In this document: positions 17,837 to 26,500 of the stretch, in pieces
Layout of the letters: each line of letters starts with the position of its first letter
Numbering within the stretch: position 1 is the first letter of the stretch
NCBI GenBank assembly: GCA_045587745.1
Contig: JAZNCU010000027.1
Coordinates: 1-60,158 of the forward strand
Source: Eubacteriales bacterium
Lineage (GTDB): Bacteria; Bacillota; Clostridia; Oscillospirales; CAG-382
Length of the DNA: 60,158 nt
Reading direction: 5' to 3'
Notes under the pieces: generated by a model
Told to the model about the DNA's origin: nothing
Seen by the model: only the letters and a program-made list of their open reading frames with translations
Databases searched by the model: none
Position numbers and translations under genes: made by a program

Positions 17837-18538
17837 ATGTCGCTGTACGTTATTGCCGATCTGCATTTGGCTCACTCTACCGATAAACCGATGGATATTT
17901 TCGGCGCTGCGTGGGAAAACCACGTCGAGCGCCTTGAGAATAATTGGCGCAGTACCGTGACCGATGACGATACCGTCGTTATCGCTGGGGATGTTTCCTG
18001 GGGAATGCGAATGGAGGATGCCGTTGCCGATTTCAGGTTTTTGGAGTCGCTTCCCGGTAAAAAAATAATTCTCAAGGGCAACCATGATTATTGGTGGTCA
18101 ACGATGAAAAAGCTGCTTGAGTTCCGTGACAGCACGGGCGCACACAGCATATCATTCCTGTTCAACAATGCGTATGCCGCCGAGGGCAGGATAATCTGCG
18201 GTACCAGAGGCTGGTTTCCTGCCGATAGCTATTCGGAGGACGATAAAAAAATCACCCTCCGTGAGGCAGGGAGATTGCGTGCATCCCTTGAAGCGGGAAA
18301 GCAGCTGCTTGCTTCCGGCGAGGGCGATGAGATACTCGTGTTTTTGCATTATCCCCCCGCGTTTTCGGGACAGAGGTGCGAGCCGATATGCGAGGTTCTT
18401 GCCGAGTACGGCATTAAGGACGTATATTACGGCCATCTGCACGGGTATATTACAGGCAAGCTCAATTATCAAACGGCAGGCGCAAATCTGCATTTAATAT
18501 CCGCCGATAAGCTCGGATTTATGCCAAAAAAAATATAA
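17837..18538 (+). CDS. Calcineurin-like metallophosphoesterase
   Basis: IADLH, GDVSW, KGNHDYWW, LHYPP and YGHLH. Confidence 0.9.
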   Translation: MSLYVIADLHLAHSTDKPMDIFGAAWENHVERLENNWRSTVTDDDTVVIAGDVSWGMRMEDAVADFRFLESLPGKKIILKGNHDYWWSTMKKLLEFRDSTGAHSISFLFNNAYAAEGRIICGTRGWFPADSYSEDDKKITLREAGRLRASLEAGKQLLASGEGDEILVFLHYPPAFSGQRCEPICEVLAEYGIKDVYYGHLHGYITGKLNYQTAGANLHLISADKLGFMPKKI

Positions 18539-18574
18539 AAACCGTACTTTTCAAACCTAAAGTACGGTTTTTTT
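18537..18574. terminator. Bidirectional intrinsic terminator
   Basis: AAAAACCGTACTTT / AAAGTACGGTTTTT between convergent genes. Confidence 0.85.
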
Positions 18575-18588
18575 GTGTTGATCTCGGG

Positions 18589-19023
18589 TTATTCGGCTGC
18601 TTCTGCGTCAGAAGGGGTATCGTTCTTTTTCTTTTTGCCGAGCTTGCCTATCAGCTTGTCGGCAATACCGCCGAGGTCAAAATTCATACTGTTTTTGGGC
18701 TTTTCGGGAGGGGGAGGAGTAATGTTGAGTATCTCGGCTCTTCCGTCCTTGATGACTAAAAAGGTCATGGGCGTGAGGGTAACCTTGCCTCCTGTGCCGG
18801 CAGGGTTCTGCTTTTTCTTTTTTGTTGCATCCGAAACATCGGCACCGCCGCCTGCAAAGCCTACCGAAACCTTTGAAACGGGAATGACGGTCATACCGTC
18901 AATCTCAATCCTCTCTCCGAGCACCGAGTTGGCATCAGCGAGCTGTATCAGCTTTTCAAGCGTGAACTCCAGCGATGCCGTAAGTATTGAACCGTTTTTG
19001 CCGTTTTTTACTACATCATCCAT
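18589..19023 (-). CDS. ytfJ: YtfJ/GerW family sporulation protein (copy 1)
   Basis: DANSVLGE.I, VIPVSKVSVGFAGGG and GGKVTLTP..FLVI. Confidence 0.85.
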   Translation of the reverse strand: MDDVVKNGKNGSILTASLEFTLEKLIQLADANSVLGERIEIDGMTVIPVSKVSVGFAGGGADVSDATKKKKQNPAGTGGKVTLTPMTFLVIKDGRAEILNITPPPPEKPKNSMNFDLGGIADKLIGKLGKKKKNDTPSDAEAAE

Positions 19024-19040
19024 TGTTTACCTCCGAATTG

Positions 19041-19649
19041 TCAGGCACCTGCTCTCAAAAACGTCAGCAGGGCTTTGAAAATATAAAATATGCGAACACT
19101 GATATCCAGCGTAAATTCTATCTCGCTTTCGTCACGCAAAAAGTCGCATTCCACGCTCACGCTCTTGCGCCGAACTCTTGCAATCGTGTCGAGATAGCCG
19201 TAAAGCGCATACACGACAGAGCTTGTTTTTGCATAGCTCATTGCGGCATCACAGGCATCGTCATCGGCGCATACGATCCGCAAAATCAGCTTGTTTATGC
19301 GGATCCTCTTCACCACCTGTCCGAGTGCGGCGATAATGCTTTTGATCAACGAAGCGGCAGAGTCTATCCGCTCGGACAATGGGAGTTTTTGCTTGCCCTC
19401 CGTGTCCTTCGGCGCTTGTTTTGTTCCAAAGGTCTTTTTGAAAAAGGCGGATATTTTACCCTCTGATTTTTTATCCTCCGTCTCGGACTCGGATATTTTC
19501 AGCGGGAACCTCAAAAACATTGCTCCGACCTTTACGGTCGGCTCACCGTCCTTATAGGAAACACAGAGAGCTACGGGCACAAGCATAACAAGACCGCAAA
19601 GCAACACTATTCCAAACAGAATACCGAGGGCGGTGTAAAGTACCCACAT
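19041..19649 (-). CDS. DUF2953 (YtfI-like) membrane-anchored protein
   Basis: N-terminal TM; DDA...A..Y motif; immediately upstream of ytfJ. Confidence 0.7.
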   Translation of the reverse strand: MWVLYTALGILFGIVLLCGLVMLVPVALCVSYKDGEPTVKVGAMFLRFPLKISESETEDKKSEGKISAFFKKTFGTKQAPKDTEGKQKLPLSERIDSAASLIKSIIAALGQVVKRIRINKLILRIVCADDDACDAAMSYAKTSSVVYALYGYLDTIARVRRKSVSVECDFLRDESEIEFTLDISVRIFYIFKALLTFLRAGA

Positions 19650-19668
19650 AGCAACTCCTTTTTAACTT

Positions 19669-21348
19669 CTATTCAAGCACCTCAAAAATTTCGGTGACGA
19701 CCATAGGTCTGCGCTTTGTCTTTTTGCGGACAAAATCACCTATATCGTCTCTGAGACGGTTTTTGATGATCGAGATATCGGTGATGTTTCTCAAAAAACT
19801 CTTTTCGAGCGATTTTACGGATGCCTCGATTATGTCGGAAAGAAGCTCCTCGCTCTGCTTTTCATACACAAAGCCCTTTGTCATAAGCTCGGGCGGGACT
19901 GTGATGTATCCGAGCTCGGGGTCGATTCCTACGGTGAGGAAAATAATTCCGCTTTCGGAAAGATGCTTTCTCTCACGCAGAACCACTCCGCCGACATCTC
20001 CTATTCCGCTTCCGTCAACCATTACTGCGCCCGCAACGACGCTTCCGCCTGCCTTGAACGAGCGTTTACTGAGCTCGGCAATACGGCCGTTCTCGGGGAT
20101 AATGATGCGCTCGGGACACATTCCCATCTCCTTTGCAAGGTTTGCGTGGGCGATAAGATGCTTGTATTCTCCGTGCACGGGCATAAAATACTCGGGACGA
20201 GTCAGCGCCTGAATGAGCTTTAATTCCTCGCGGCAGGCGTGGCCCGAAACGTGTATATCGTAGTTGCTGTAGGTAATAACCGAGGTGTTGCGCTTGTATA
20301 GCTCGTTGATAATCTTGGTGATAAGCTTCTCGTTGCCCGGGATGGCGGAGGAGGAAAGGATAACAAGATCCTCGCTTCCGAGTGTAATATGGTTATGCTC
20401 GCCAAACGCCATACGGTAAAGTGCGCTCATCGGCTCGCCCTGACTGCCGGTAGTGAGCACGGTGACGCGCTCGGAAGGGTATTTACGCACCTCCGAAATA
20501 TCGATCATAATGCCATCGGGCACGTCGAGATATCCCAGCTTTGCGGCGGCGGCAACGACGTTTTGCATACTTCTGCCGGTAACTGCAACCTTTCTGCCAA
20601 CCTTCTCGCTGGCGGTGAACACCTGCTGTACACGGTGCACGTTGGAGGAAAACGTTGCAATAATAATCCTACGGCTTTCGCCGGCAAAAAGTCTGTCAAA
20701 CGATACCGAAAGCGAGCTTTCGCTCGGGGTGTAGCCCGGCTGCTCGGCATTCGTGCTGTCGGCAAGAAGGAGTTTTATGCCCTTTCTGCCAAGCTCGGCG
20801 AGGCGAGCAAGGTCGATGGGAGGCTCTCCAACCGGTGTGTAGTCCACCTTAAAATCGCCCGTGTGCAAAATCCTTCCTGCGGGAGTGGTGATGCAAAGAG
20901 CGCAGGCATCCGGCATTGAGTGGTTTACGTTGATAAATTCAACCTCAAAATGTCCTGCCGTAATAACAGAGCCGGCGTGAGTTTCGTAAATATGGGCATC
21001 CCTGATGCCGTGCTCGGCGAGCTTGCCCTCCATAATGCCTACGCTCATCCTCGTGGCGTAGATCGGAACGTGGGGAAACTGCTTCAAAAAATAGGGGATT
21101 GCGCCGATATGATCCTCGTGTCCGTGAGTGACGAACAAGCCGAGCAATTTGTGGGAATTTTGCTCAATATAGCTGAAATCGGGGATGACGAGGTCGACTC
21201 CCAGCATATCATCCTCGGGGAATGCCACGCCACAGTCCACCGCAATAAGACTGTCCTCATACTCAAAGACCGTCATATTCATTCCGATGCCGTCAACACC
21301 GCCGAGGGGAATTATCAAAACCTTTTGTAAAGAGGATTTTTTTGCCAT
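19669..21348 (-). CDS. rnj: Ribonuclease J
   Basis: PLGG...IG.NM, THGHEDHIG, HTGDFK, TGSQGEP, HVSGH and PVHGE. Confidence 0.96.
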   Translation of the reverse strand: MAKKSSLQKVLIIPLGGVDGIGMNMTVFEYEDSLIAVDCGVAFPEDDMLGVDLVIPDFSYIEQNSHKLLGLFVTHGHEDHIGAIPYFLKQFPHVPIYATRMSVGIMEGKLAEHGIRDAHIYETHAGSVITAGHFEVEFINVNHSMPDACALCITTPAGRILHTGDFKVDYTPVGEPPIDLARLAELGRKGIKLLLADSTNAEQPGYTPSESSLSVSFDRLFAGESRRIIIATFSSNVHRVQQVFTASEKVGRKVAVTGRSMQNVVAAAAKLGYLDVPDGIMIDISEVRKYPSERVTVLTTGSQGEPMSALYRMAFGEHNHITLGSEDLVILSSSAIPGNEKLITKIINELYKRNTSVITYSNYDIHVSGHACREELKLIQALTRPEYFMPVHGEYKHLIAHANLAKEMGMCPERIIIPENGRIAELSKRSFKAGGSVVAGAVMVDGSGIGDVGGVVLRERKHLSESGIIFLTVGIDPELGYITVPPELMTKGFVYEKQSEELLSDIIEASVKSLEKSFLRNITDISIIKNRLRDDIGDFVRKKTKRRPMVVTEIFEVLE

Positions 21349-21405
21349 AAAAAACCTTTCGAAATAACTGATGTAAAGCCTTACAATATACAAATATACA
21401 TATCT

Positions 21406-21434
21406 ATTATGCCTTATTACCTTCATTTTGTCAA
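21406..21434 (-). promoter_or_regulatory. Sigma-A promoter of rnj
   Basis: Minus strand TTGACA-N17-CATAAT. Confidence 0.75.
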
Positions 21435-21481
21435 GAAGGGAATAGGAACATATACTGTATTATGGCGGATTGGGAAAACAC

Positions 21482-21510
21482 TTGACTTTCATATATAAAA
21501 ATGGTATCAT
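21482..21510 (+). promoter_or_regulatory. Sigma-A promoter of murA
   Basis: TTGACT-N17-TATCAT with an extended -10 TG. Confidence 0.75.
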
Positions 21511-21586
21511 ATGGTGAGCGTAGTCTGACCGAATTTGTGCCGGACTGCCGATTATTTTGAGACAGAACCGAAAGGTGTTTGATATA

Positions 21587-22852
21587 ATGGATAAAATTTG
21601 TGTTTCCGGCGGCAAGCCGCTGATCGGAACCGTTACAATAGGCGGAATGAAGAATGCGGCGTTGCCGATTCTTTTTGCCACCATACTCACGGGCGATGTT
21701 TGCGAGCTTGAGAATCTCCCCGACGTAAAGGACATTTATACCGCTATTGAGATAATCAAGGCTATGGGCGCAAGGGTTGAGCAGCTTGGCACAGGACACT
21801 TACGCATCGATACTGCCGATGTAAGGTGCGGCAGTGCACCTCTCGATCTTTCAAAAACCATCCGGGGCTCTTATTATGTTCTCGGTGCCGAGCTTGGACG
21901 CTTCAGACGTTCCTCTACCGGGCTTCCCGGCGGCTGTAATTTTGGTGAAAGGCCTATCGATCAGCATATCAAAGGCTTTGAGGCGCTCGGAGCAACGGTT
22001 ATAGTAGGCAACGGTGCTATTTCCTGCTATGCAGATAAGCCTCTTGAGGGTACAACTGTTTATCTCGACGTTGCCTCGGTTGGCGCAACGGTCAATATTA
22101 TGCTTGCGGCAACAACCGCCAACGGCGTTACTTATATCGACAATGCGGCTCGTGAGCCTCATATCGTTGACCTTGCGAACTTTCTCAACTCCTGCGGTGC
22201 AAATATCTCGGGCGCAGGCACCGAGCTTATAAAGATAACGGGTGTGGAAAAGCTTCACGGAAGCTGCTATGCCATCATCCCCGATATGATCGAGGCGGGC
22301 ACGTATATGATTGCCGCCGCTGCCACAAAAAGCACCCTCACCATTGCAAACGTTATCCCCCGTCACCTTGAGGCAGTATCCCGCAAGCTGATCGAGATGG
22401 GCGTTGAGGTTGAGGAGCGTGACGACTCGGTGGTCGTTTCCTACTGCGGTGAGCTGAAAAAGGCACGTGTCAAAACCGATTTTTACCCCGGCTTCCCCAC
22501 GGATATGAATCCTCAGTTCTGCGTTTTGCTATGCCTTGCCGAGGGAACCAGCGTGCTGACCGAGAGTGTTATGGATCACCGCTTCAAGTACACGGATGAG
22601 CTTATCCGTATGGGCGCAAGGATCAGCATTACAGGCCGTAACGCCACCATTGAGGGTATTAGCAGCTTTAACCCCGCAACGGTACGAGCCGTTGACCTGC
22701 GTGCAGGCGCCGCAATGGTTATTGCCGCACTCGCCACTCCCGGCACTACTATTATTGACGATATTCACCACATCAGCAGGGGATACGAGGATATGGTAGG
22801 AAAGCTCCGTGCCGTAGGCGCTGACGTAAGGATCATCAGCGACAGCATTTAA
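21587..22852 (+). CDS. murA: UDP-N-acetylglucosamine 1-carboxyvinyltransferase
   Basis: GMKNAALP, LPGGCNFGERPIDQH, AAREPHI, YPGFPTD and DLRAGAA. Confidence 0.96.
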   Translation: MDKICVSGGKPLIGTVTIGGMKNAALPILFATILTGDVCELENLPDVKDIYTAIEIIKAMGARVEQLGTGHLRIDTADVRCGSAPLDLSKTIRGSYYVLGAELGRFRRSSTGLPGGCNFGERPIDQHIKGFEALGATVIVGNGAISCYADKPLEGTTVYLDVASVGATVNIMLAATTANGVTYIDNAAREPHIVDLANFLNSCGANISGAGTELIKITGVEKLHGSCYAIIPDMIEAGTYMIAAAATKSTLTIANVIPRHLEAVSRKLIEMGVEVEERDDSVVVSYCGELKKARVKTDFYPGFPTDMNPQFCVLLCLAEGTSVLTESVMDHRFKYTDELIRMGARISITGRNATIEGISSFNPATVRAVDLRAGAAMVIAALATPGTTIIDDIHHISRGYEDMVGKLRAVGADVRIISDSI

Positions 22853-22856
22853 GTAT

Positions 22857-22943
22857 AAAAAACCGAACTCTGAATCCGAAAACAGTTTACAGGGACTTCC
22901 CAAAAGCTATTTTCGGATTTTTTGTTTTTTGTGCCGAGTTCGG
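22857..22943. terminator. Nested bidirectional terminator structure between murA and pdaA
   Basis: Inner stem AATCCGAAAA/TTTTCGGATT with a plus-strand T-tract; outer stem CCGAACTC/GAGTTCGG with a minus-strand T-tract. Confidence 0.65.
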
Positions 22944-22987
22944 CTGTTGCTATACCCGATTTTGCGGATTTTATGAACTATTTCGGG

Positions 22988-23016
22988 TTGATTTTATACC
23001 AAAAAAGTAGTATAAT
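22988..23016 (+). promoter_or_regulatory. Sigma-A-type promoter pointing antisense into pdaA
   Basis: TTGATT-N17-TATAAT, the same hexamers as the rplS promoter; ends 13 nt before the pdaA stop codon. Confidence 0.7.
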
Positions 23017-23029
23017 ATAACGAATTGGG

Positions 23030-23815
23030 TTATCCTGCCGTATAACCGAGTTTTTGGCACAGCTCATCGAGCGTTCCAAAGGAATAACCCATAGCCTTCA
23101 GCTCGGTTATAAGGGGCTGAAGTATGGCTGCATTGGTTGACGAGTTTGGGTGTAGAAGCAAAACCATTCCGTTGTGCACCTGCGAAAGTATTTTTTTGAG
23201 CGTTGCATCGGGATCGGGCTGCTTGCCGTTATCCCAATCGGGGTAGGCAAACGACCAGAATACCGTTCTGTAGCCCAACTCGTTTGCAAATTTGAGCGTA
23301 TTTTCCGAGAATGCGCCCTCGGGAGGGCGAAAATATTTGCTCATTTCGGTGTCGGTGCGCTCGTAAAACAGCTTTTCAAGGTCGGTCAGCTCCTTTTCAA
23401 AAGCTTTTATATCGCTTATTTTCGACATATCCGAGTGGGTGTAGGAATGGTTGCCTACGGTGTGACCTTCCTCAACCATACGCAGTACAAGCGGAAGATC
23501 GTTTTTGATTATTCCGGGAAGAATAAAAAAGGTTGCGCTGATCCCGTTGGCATACAGAATATCCAGTATTTTTTCGGTGTTTTCGTTGGCGTAGCCTGCG
23601 TCAAACGTGAGGTAGACGGTTTTGTCGTCCTCGGGGCCTACCGTTATAGCGCCGTATTTTTCGGGAAGCTCACTTCCGTCAAGAAGGATCGGCTGCGAGC
23701 CGTCTTTACCCGGCTTTACAAACCAATCGATTCTTTGGGATTCGGCTGCGAATGCCGCTGTCGGCATAGCGATGACTGCAAAAGCAAGAATTATTGCCAT
23801 CAGCCGTTTAAGCAT
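23030..23815 (-). CDS. pdaA: Spore cortex delta-lactam-biosynthetic de-N-acetylase (CE4)
   Basis: Signal peptide; VYLTFDAGY, GNHSYTH, YFRPPEG, FWSFAY.DW and LLH. Confidence 0.85.
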   Translation of the reverse strand: MLKRLMAIILAFAVIAMPTAAFAAESQRIDWFVKPGKDGSQPILLDGSELPEKYGAITVGPEDDKTVYLTFDAGYANENTEKILDILYANGISATFFILPGIIKNDLPLVLRMVEEGHTVGNHSYTHSDMSKISDIKAFEKELTDLEKLFYERTDTEMSKYFRPPEGAFSENTLKFANELGYRTVFWSFAYPDWDNGKQPDPDATLKKILSQVHNGMVLLLHPNSSTNAAILQPLITELKAMGYSFGTLDELCQKLGYTAG

Positions 23816-23840
23816 AAAAAATTCACTCCTTTCCGCAAAA

Positions 23841-23870
23841 TAGTTTTGCCTTTATTTTTGGGAGTTATTT
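23841..23870 (-). promoter_or_regulatory. Putative sigma-F/G (forespore) promoter of pdaA
   Basis: Minus strand AAATA-N15-GGCAAAACTA fits GYATA-N15-GGnnAnAnTw. Confidence 0.6.
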
Positions 23871-23909
23871 AGTTTTTTGTCAGGTATTTTTTGATTTGGG
23901 AGGAAAATT

Positions 23910-24674
23910 ATGACAGTTTGCGTTCCTGTTTGCCCTATTTATGCTCTGCCCGATATTATGTCGGAGTACACCGATGAGCTTCTTTACGGCGAGGAGGCAG
24001 AGGTTATTGACGAGCTCGGGAGCTTTTACCGCATTAAAACCGAGTACGGATATTGCGGATGGGTAGCAAAAAGCGACCTGTTCGAAAAGCTCAACGACGT
24101 TTCGTATACCGTCACCTCTCCTTGCGCCGACCTGCTTTTTGAGCCAAAGAACTATTTTCGTCCCGTTATGACTCTCCCCAAGGGCGCCCGTATCGACGTG
24201 GGATTCTCGCACGAGATTAAGGATTACGGCTTTGTCGTTCTGCCCAGCAAGCGTATTTATTTTATCCGCAAGGAGCATATCGCTCCCATATGCACCTCAC
24301 TTCCCGAGTGTGAGGAGGAGGCGAGAGAAAAGCTCGTCTCGGCCGCTATGGAATACCTCGGCACACCTTACCGCTGGGGCGGAAGAACTGCCCAGGGCAT
24401 CGATTGCTCGGGGCTTTGCCACGTGGCGTACCGCACCTGCGGAGTAAATATCTGGCGTGATGCCGATATCGAAAAGAGCTCTGCCGTCCGTGCCATTCCG
24501 CTTGAGGAGGCAAAGAGGGGCGACCTGCTGTATTTTGAGGGACATATGGGAATGTATCTCGGTGACGGAATGATACTTCATGCAACCGTCGCAACTATGA
24601 AGGTTAGTGTTGAGAGGCTTGCCGACAGACCTTCGCTGATGGAAAAATTTATTACTGCCGGAACGGTGTTTTGA
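23910..24674 (+). CDS. SH3b + NlpC/P60 peptidase (YkfC/dipeptidyl-peptidase VI-like)
   Basis: ELLYGE and Y.GWV SH3b motifs; YLGTPYRWGG, GIDCSG and HMGMY; no signal peptide. Confidence 0.85.
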   Translation: MTVCVPVCPIYALPDIMSEYTDELLYGEEAEVIDELGSFYRIKTEYGYCGWVAKSDLFEKLNDVSYTVTSPCADLLFEPKNYFRPVMTLPKGARIDVGFSHEIKDYGFVVLPSKRIYFIRKEHIAPICTSLPECEEEAREKLVSAAMEYLGTPYRWGGRTAQGIDCSGLCHVAYRTCGVNIWRDADIEKSSAVRAIPLEEAKRGDLLYFEGHMGMYLGDGMILHATVATMKVSVERLADRPSLMEKFITAGTVF

Positions 24675-26062
24675 TGAATAATATTTTTGTGGGTAGTGCG
24701 GAGATTCTCCGCCAAAAAGAAATAGCGCTTTCGCTCCGTGAACGCACTCGGGGAAAAACGGCGTGCGTAATCACCTTTGGCTGTCAGCAGAACGAGGCCG
24801 ACAGCGAGATTATTGCAGGAACGCTCGAGACGTGCGGATATACCGTGATTGAGGACGATTCCGCCGCCGACGTTGTGGTTATCAACACCTGCGCCATCCG
24901 TGAGCACGCCGAGGTGCGTGCCCTTTCGGAGGCAGGTCAGTTCAAGGGCATCAAGGAGCGTGACCGCAGCCGTCTTATCGGCGTTTGCGGATGTATGGCT
25001 CAGCTTCCTCACCGCAGGGAGCAAATCAAAAAAAGCTACCCCTACGTTGATTTTGTGTTCGGAACGGATATGCACCACCGCATTCCGGAAATAATAAAAA
25101 CCGCACTCGACAGCAAAAAGCGTGTCACCTTTGCAAACGATCTGCCTCACAGCGAGTTTGGAGTGATCAGCGAGGGACTTCCGGTGCGCCGAAGCGGATC
25201 CTTAAAGGCGTGGGTGCCCGTAATGTACGGCTGTAACAATTTTTGCTCCTACTGCGTTGTTCCTTACGTACGCGGACGTGAGCGGTCGAGGGACCGCAAG
25301 TCGGTCGAGGAGGAGGTCTATTCGCTTCTCCAAGCGGGATATAAGGATATCACGCTTCTCGGTCAGAACGTCAACTCCTACTCGGGCGGATGCGATTTTG
25401 CGACTCTTCTCAGGTCGGTCTGCTCGTTTGGCGGGGAGTACCGTATAAGGTTTATGACCTCTCATCCCAAGGATGCCTCGGACGAGCTGATAAAGGCTAT
25501 TGCCGAGTGTGGCAACGCCGCAAAGCATTTTCATCTTCCCGTGCAGTCGGGCAACGACCGCATTCTTGGGCTGATGAACCGTAAATACACCCGCGCGCAG
25601 TATCTCGAAAAGGCGCACAAAATCAAAAGCATTATTCCCGACGTGGCAATCACCTCGGATATTATATGCTCCTTCCCGACCGAAACTGCGGCAGAGTTTG
25701 ACGATACCGTAACGCTGGTCGAGGAGGTTGGGTTCGATATGCTCTACACCTTTATTTACTCGCCCCGTGTCGGCACACGTGCCGCCGAGATGGAGGGCAG
25801 GATCCCAAAGGAGGAGAGCAACCGCCGATTTGCACTTCTTTCGGACAGAGAGAACGCAATCGCACAGTCGATCAACGAAAAATCGGTCGGAAAGACCGTG
25901 CGTGTGCTCTCGGAGGGCATAGGCAAAAACGGACTTCCCGCAGGAAGGACAAGCGGCAACAAGATAGTCGTTTTTGATAAACCCGTTCCTGAGGGACAGT
26001 TCGTCGATATAGTTATCGAAAAGGCACAGGCATATTCACTTACAGGAAAATTAAAGGATTGA
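24674..26062 (+). CDS. miaB: tRNA i6A37 methylthiotransferase
   Basis: TFGCQQN.ADSE, NTCAIRE.AE, GCNNFCSYCVVP, FMTSHP and a TRAM domain. Confidence 0.95.
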   Translation: MNNIFVGSAEILRQKEIALSLRERTRGKTACVITFGCQQNEADSEIIAGTLETCGYTVIEDDSAADVVVINTCAIREHAEVRALSEAGQFKGIKERDRSRLIGVCGCMAQLPHRREQIKKSYPYVDFVFGTDMHHRIPEIIKTALDSKKRVTFANDLPHSEFGVISEGLPVRRSGSLKAWVPVMYGCNNFCSYCVVPYVRGRERSRDRKSVEEEVYSLLQAGYKDITLLGQNVNSYSGGCDFATLLRSVCSFGGEYRIRFMTSHPKDASDELIKAIAECGNAAKHFHLPVQSGNDRILGLMNRKYTRAQYLEKAHKIKSIIPDVAITSDIICSFPTETAAEFDDTVTLVEEVGFDMLYTFIYSPRVGTRAAEMEGRIPKEESNRRFALLSDRENAIAQSINEKSVGKTVRVLSEGIGKNGLPAGRTSGNKIVVFDKPVPEGQFVDIVIEKAQAYSLTGKLKD

Positions 26063-26076
26063 AAGGATAAACCAAA

Positions 26077-26472
26077 ATGACAGAATCACTTAAAAAAGCG
26101 TGCGATGCACTCAAAGCCGAAATCGAAAACAGCGATATCATCAAGGCTTACAAGGAGGCAAGAGATAAATATAATGCCGACACCCGTCTTACCTCGCTTA
26201 TTACCGAGTATAACGTACAGGCGGCACTTCTCGAGCAGGAGAGCCGCAAGGATGAGTCCGAGCGTGACGCCGACCTCATCGCCAGCATCAACGGCAGGAT
26301 AAACGCTATCTACGAGGAGGTTTCGTCCTCTCCCGCACTTGCCGAGCTCCAGCAGGCAGAGCAGGCGGTAAGCGGCCTTATCGGTGAGATCAATATGATT
26401 CTCCAGAGCGCAATTTATCCCGAGGAGACAGGCTGTACTCACGATTGCAGTACCTGCGGAGGCTGTCACTGA
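26077..26472 (+). CDS. YlbF/YmcA (Ric) family regulator with a Cys-rich tail
   Basis: Helical body; C-terminal GCTHDCSTCGGCH; miaB-ylbF-mutS synteny. Confidence 0.8.
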   Translation: MTESLKKACDALKAEIENSDIIKAYKEARDKYNADTRLTSLITEYNVQAALLEQESRKDESERDADLIASINGRINAIYEEVSSSPALAELQQAEQAVSGLIGEINMILQSAIYPEETGCTHDCSTCGGCH

Positions 26473-26500
26473 TACTAAAAACCCGTAGGGAGGGAAGATA

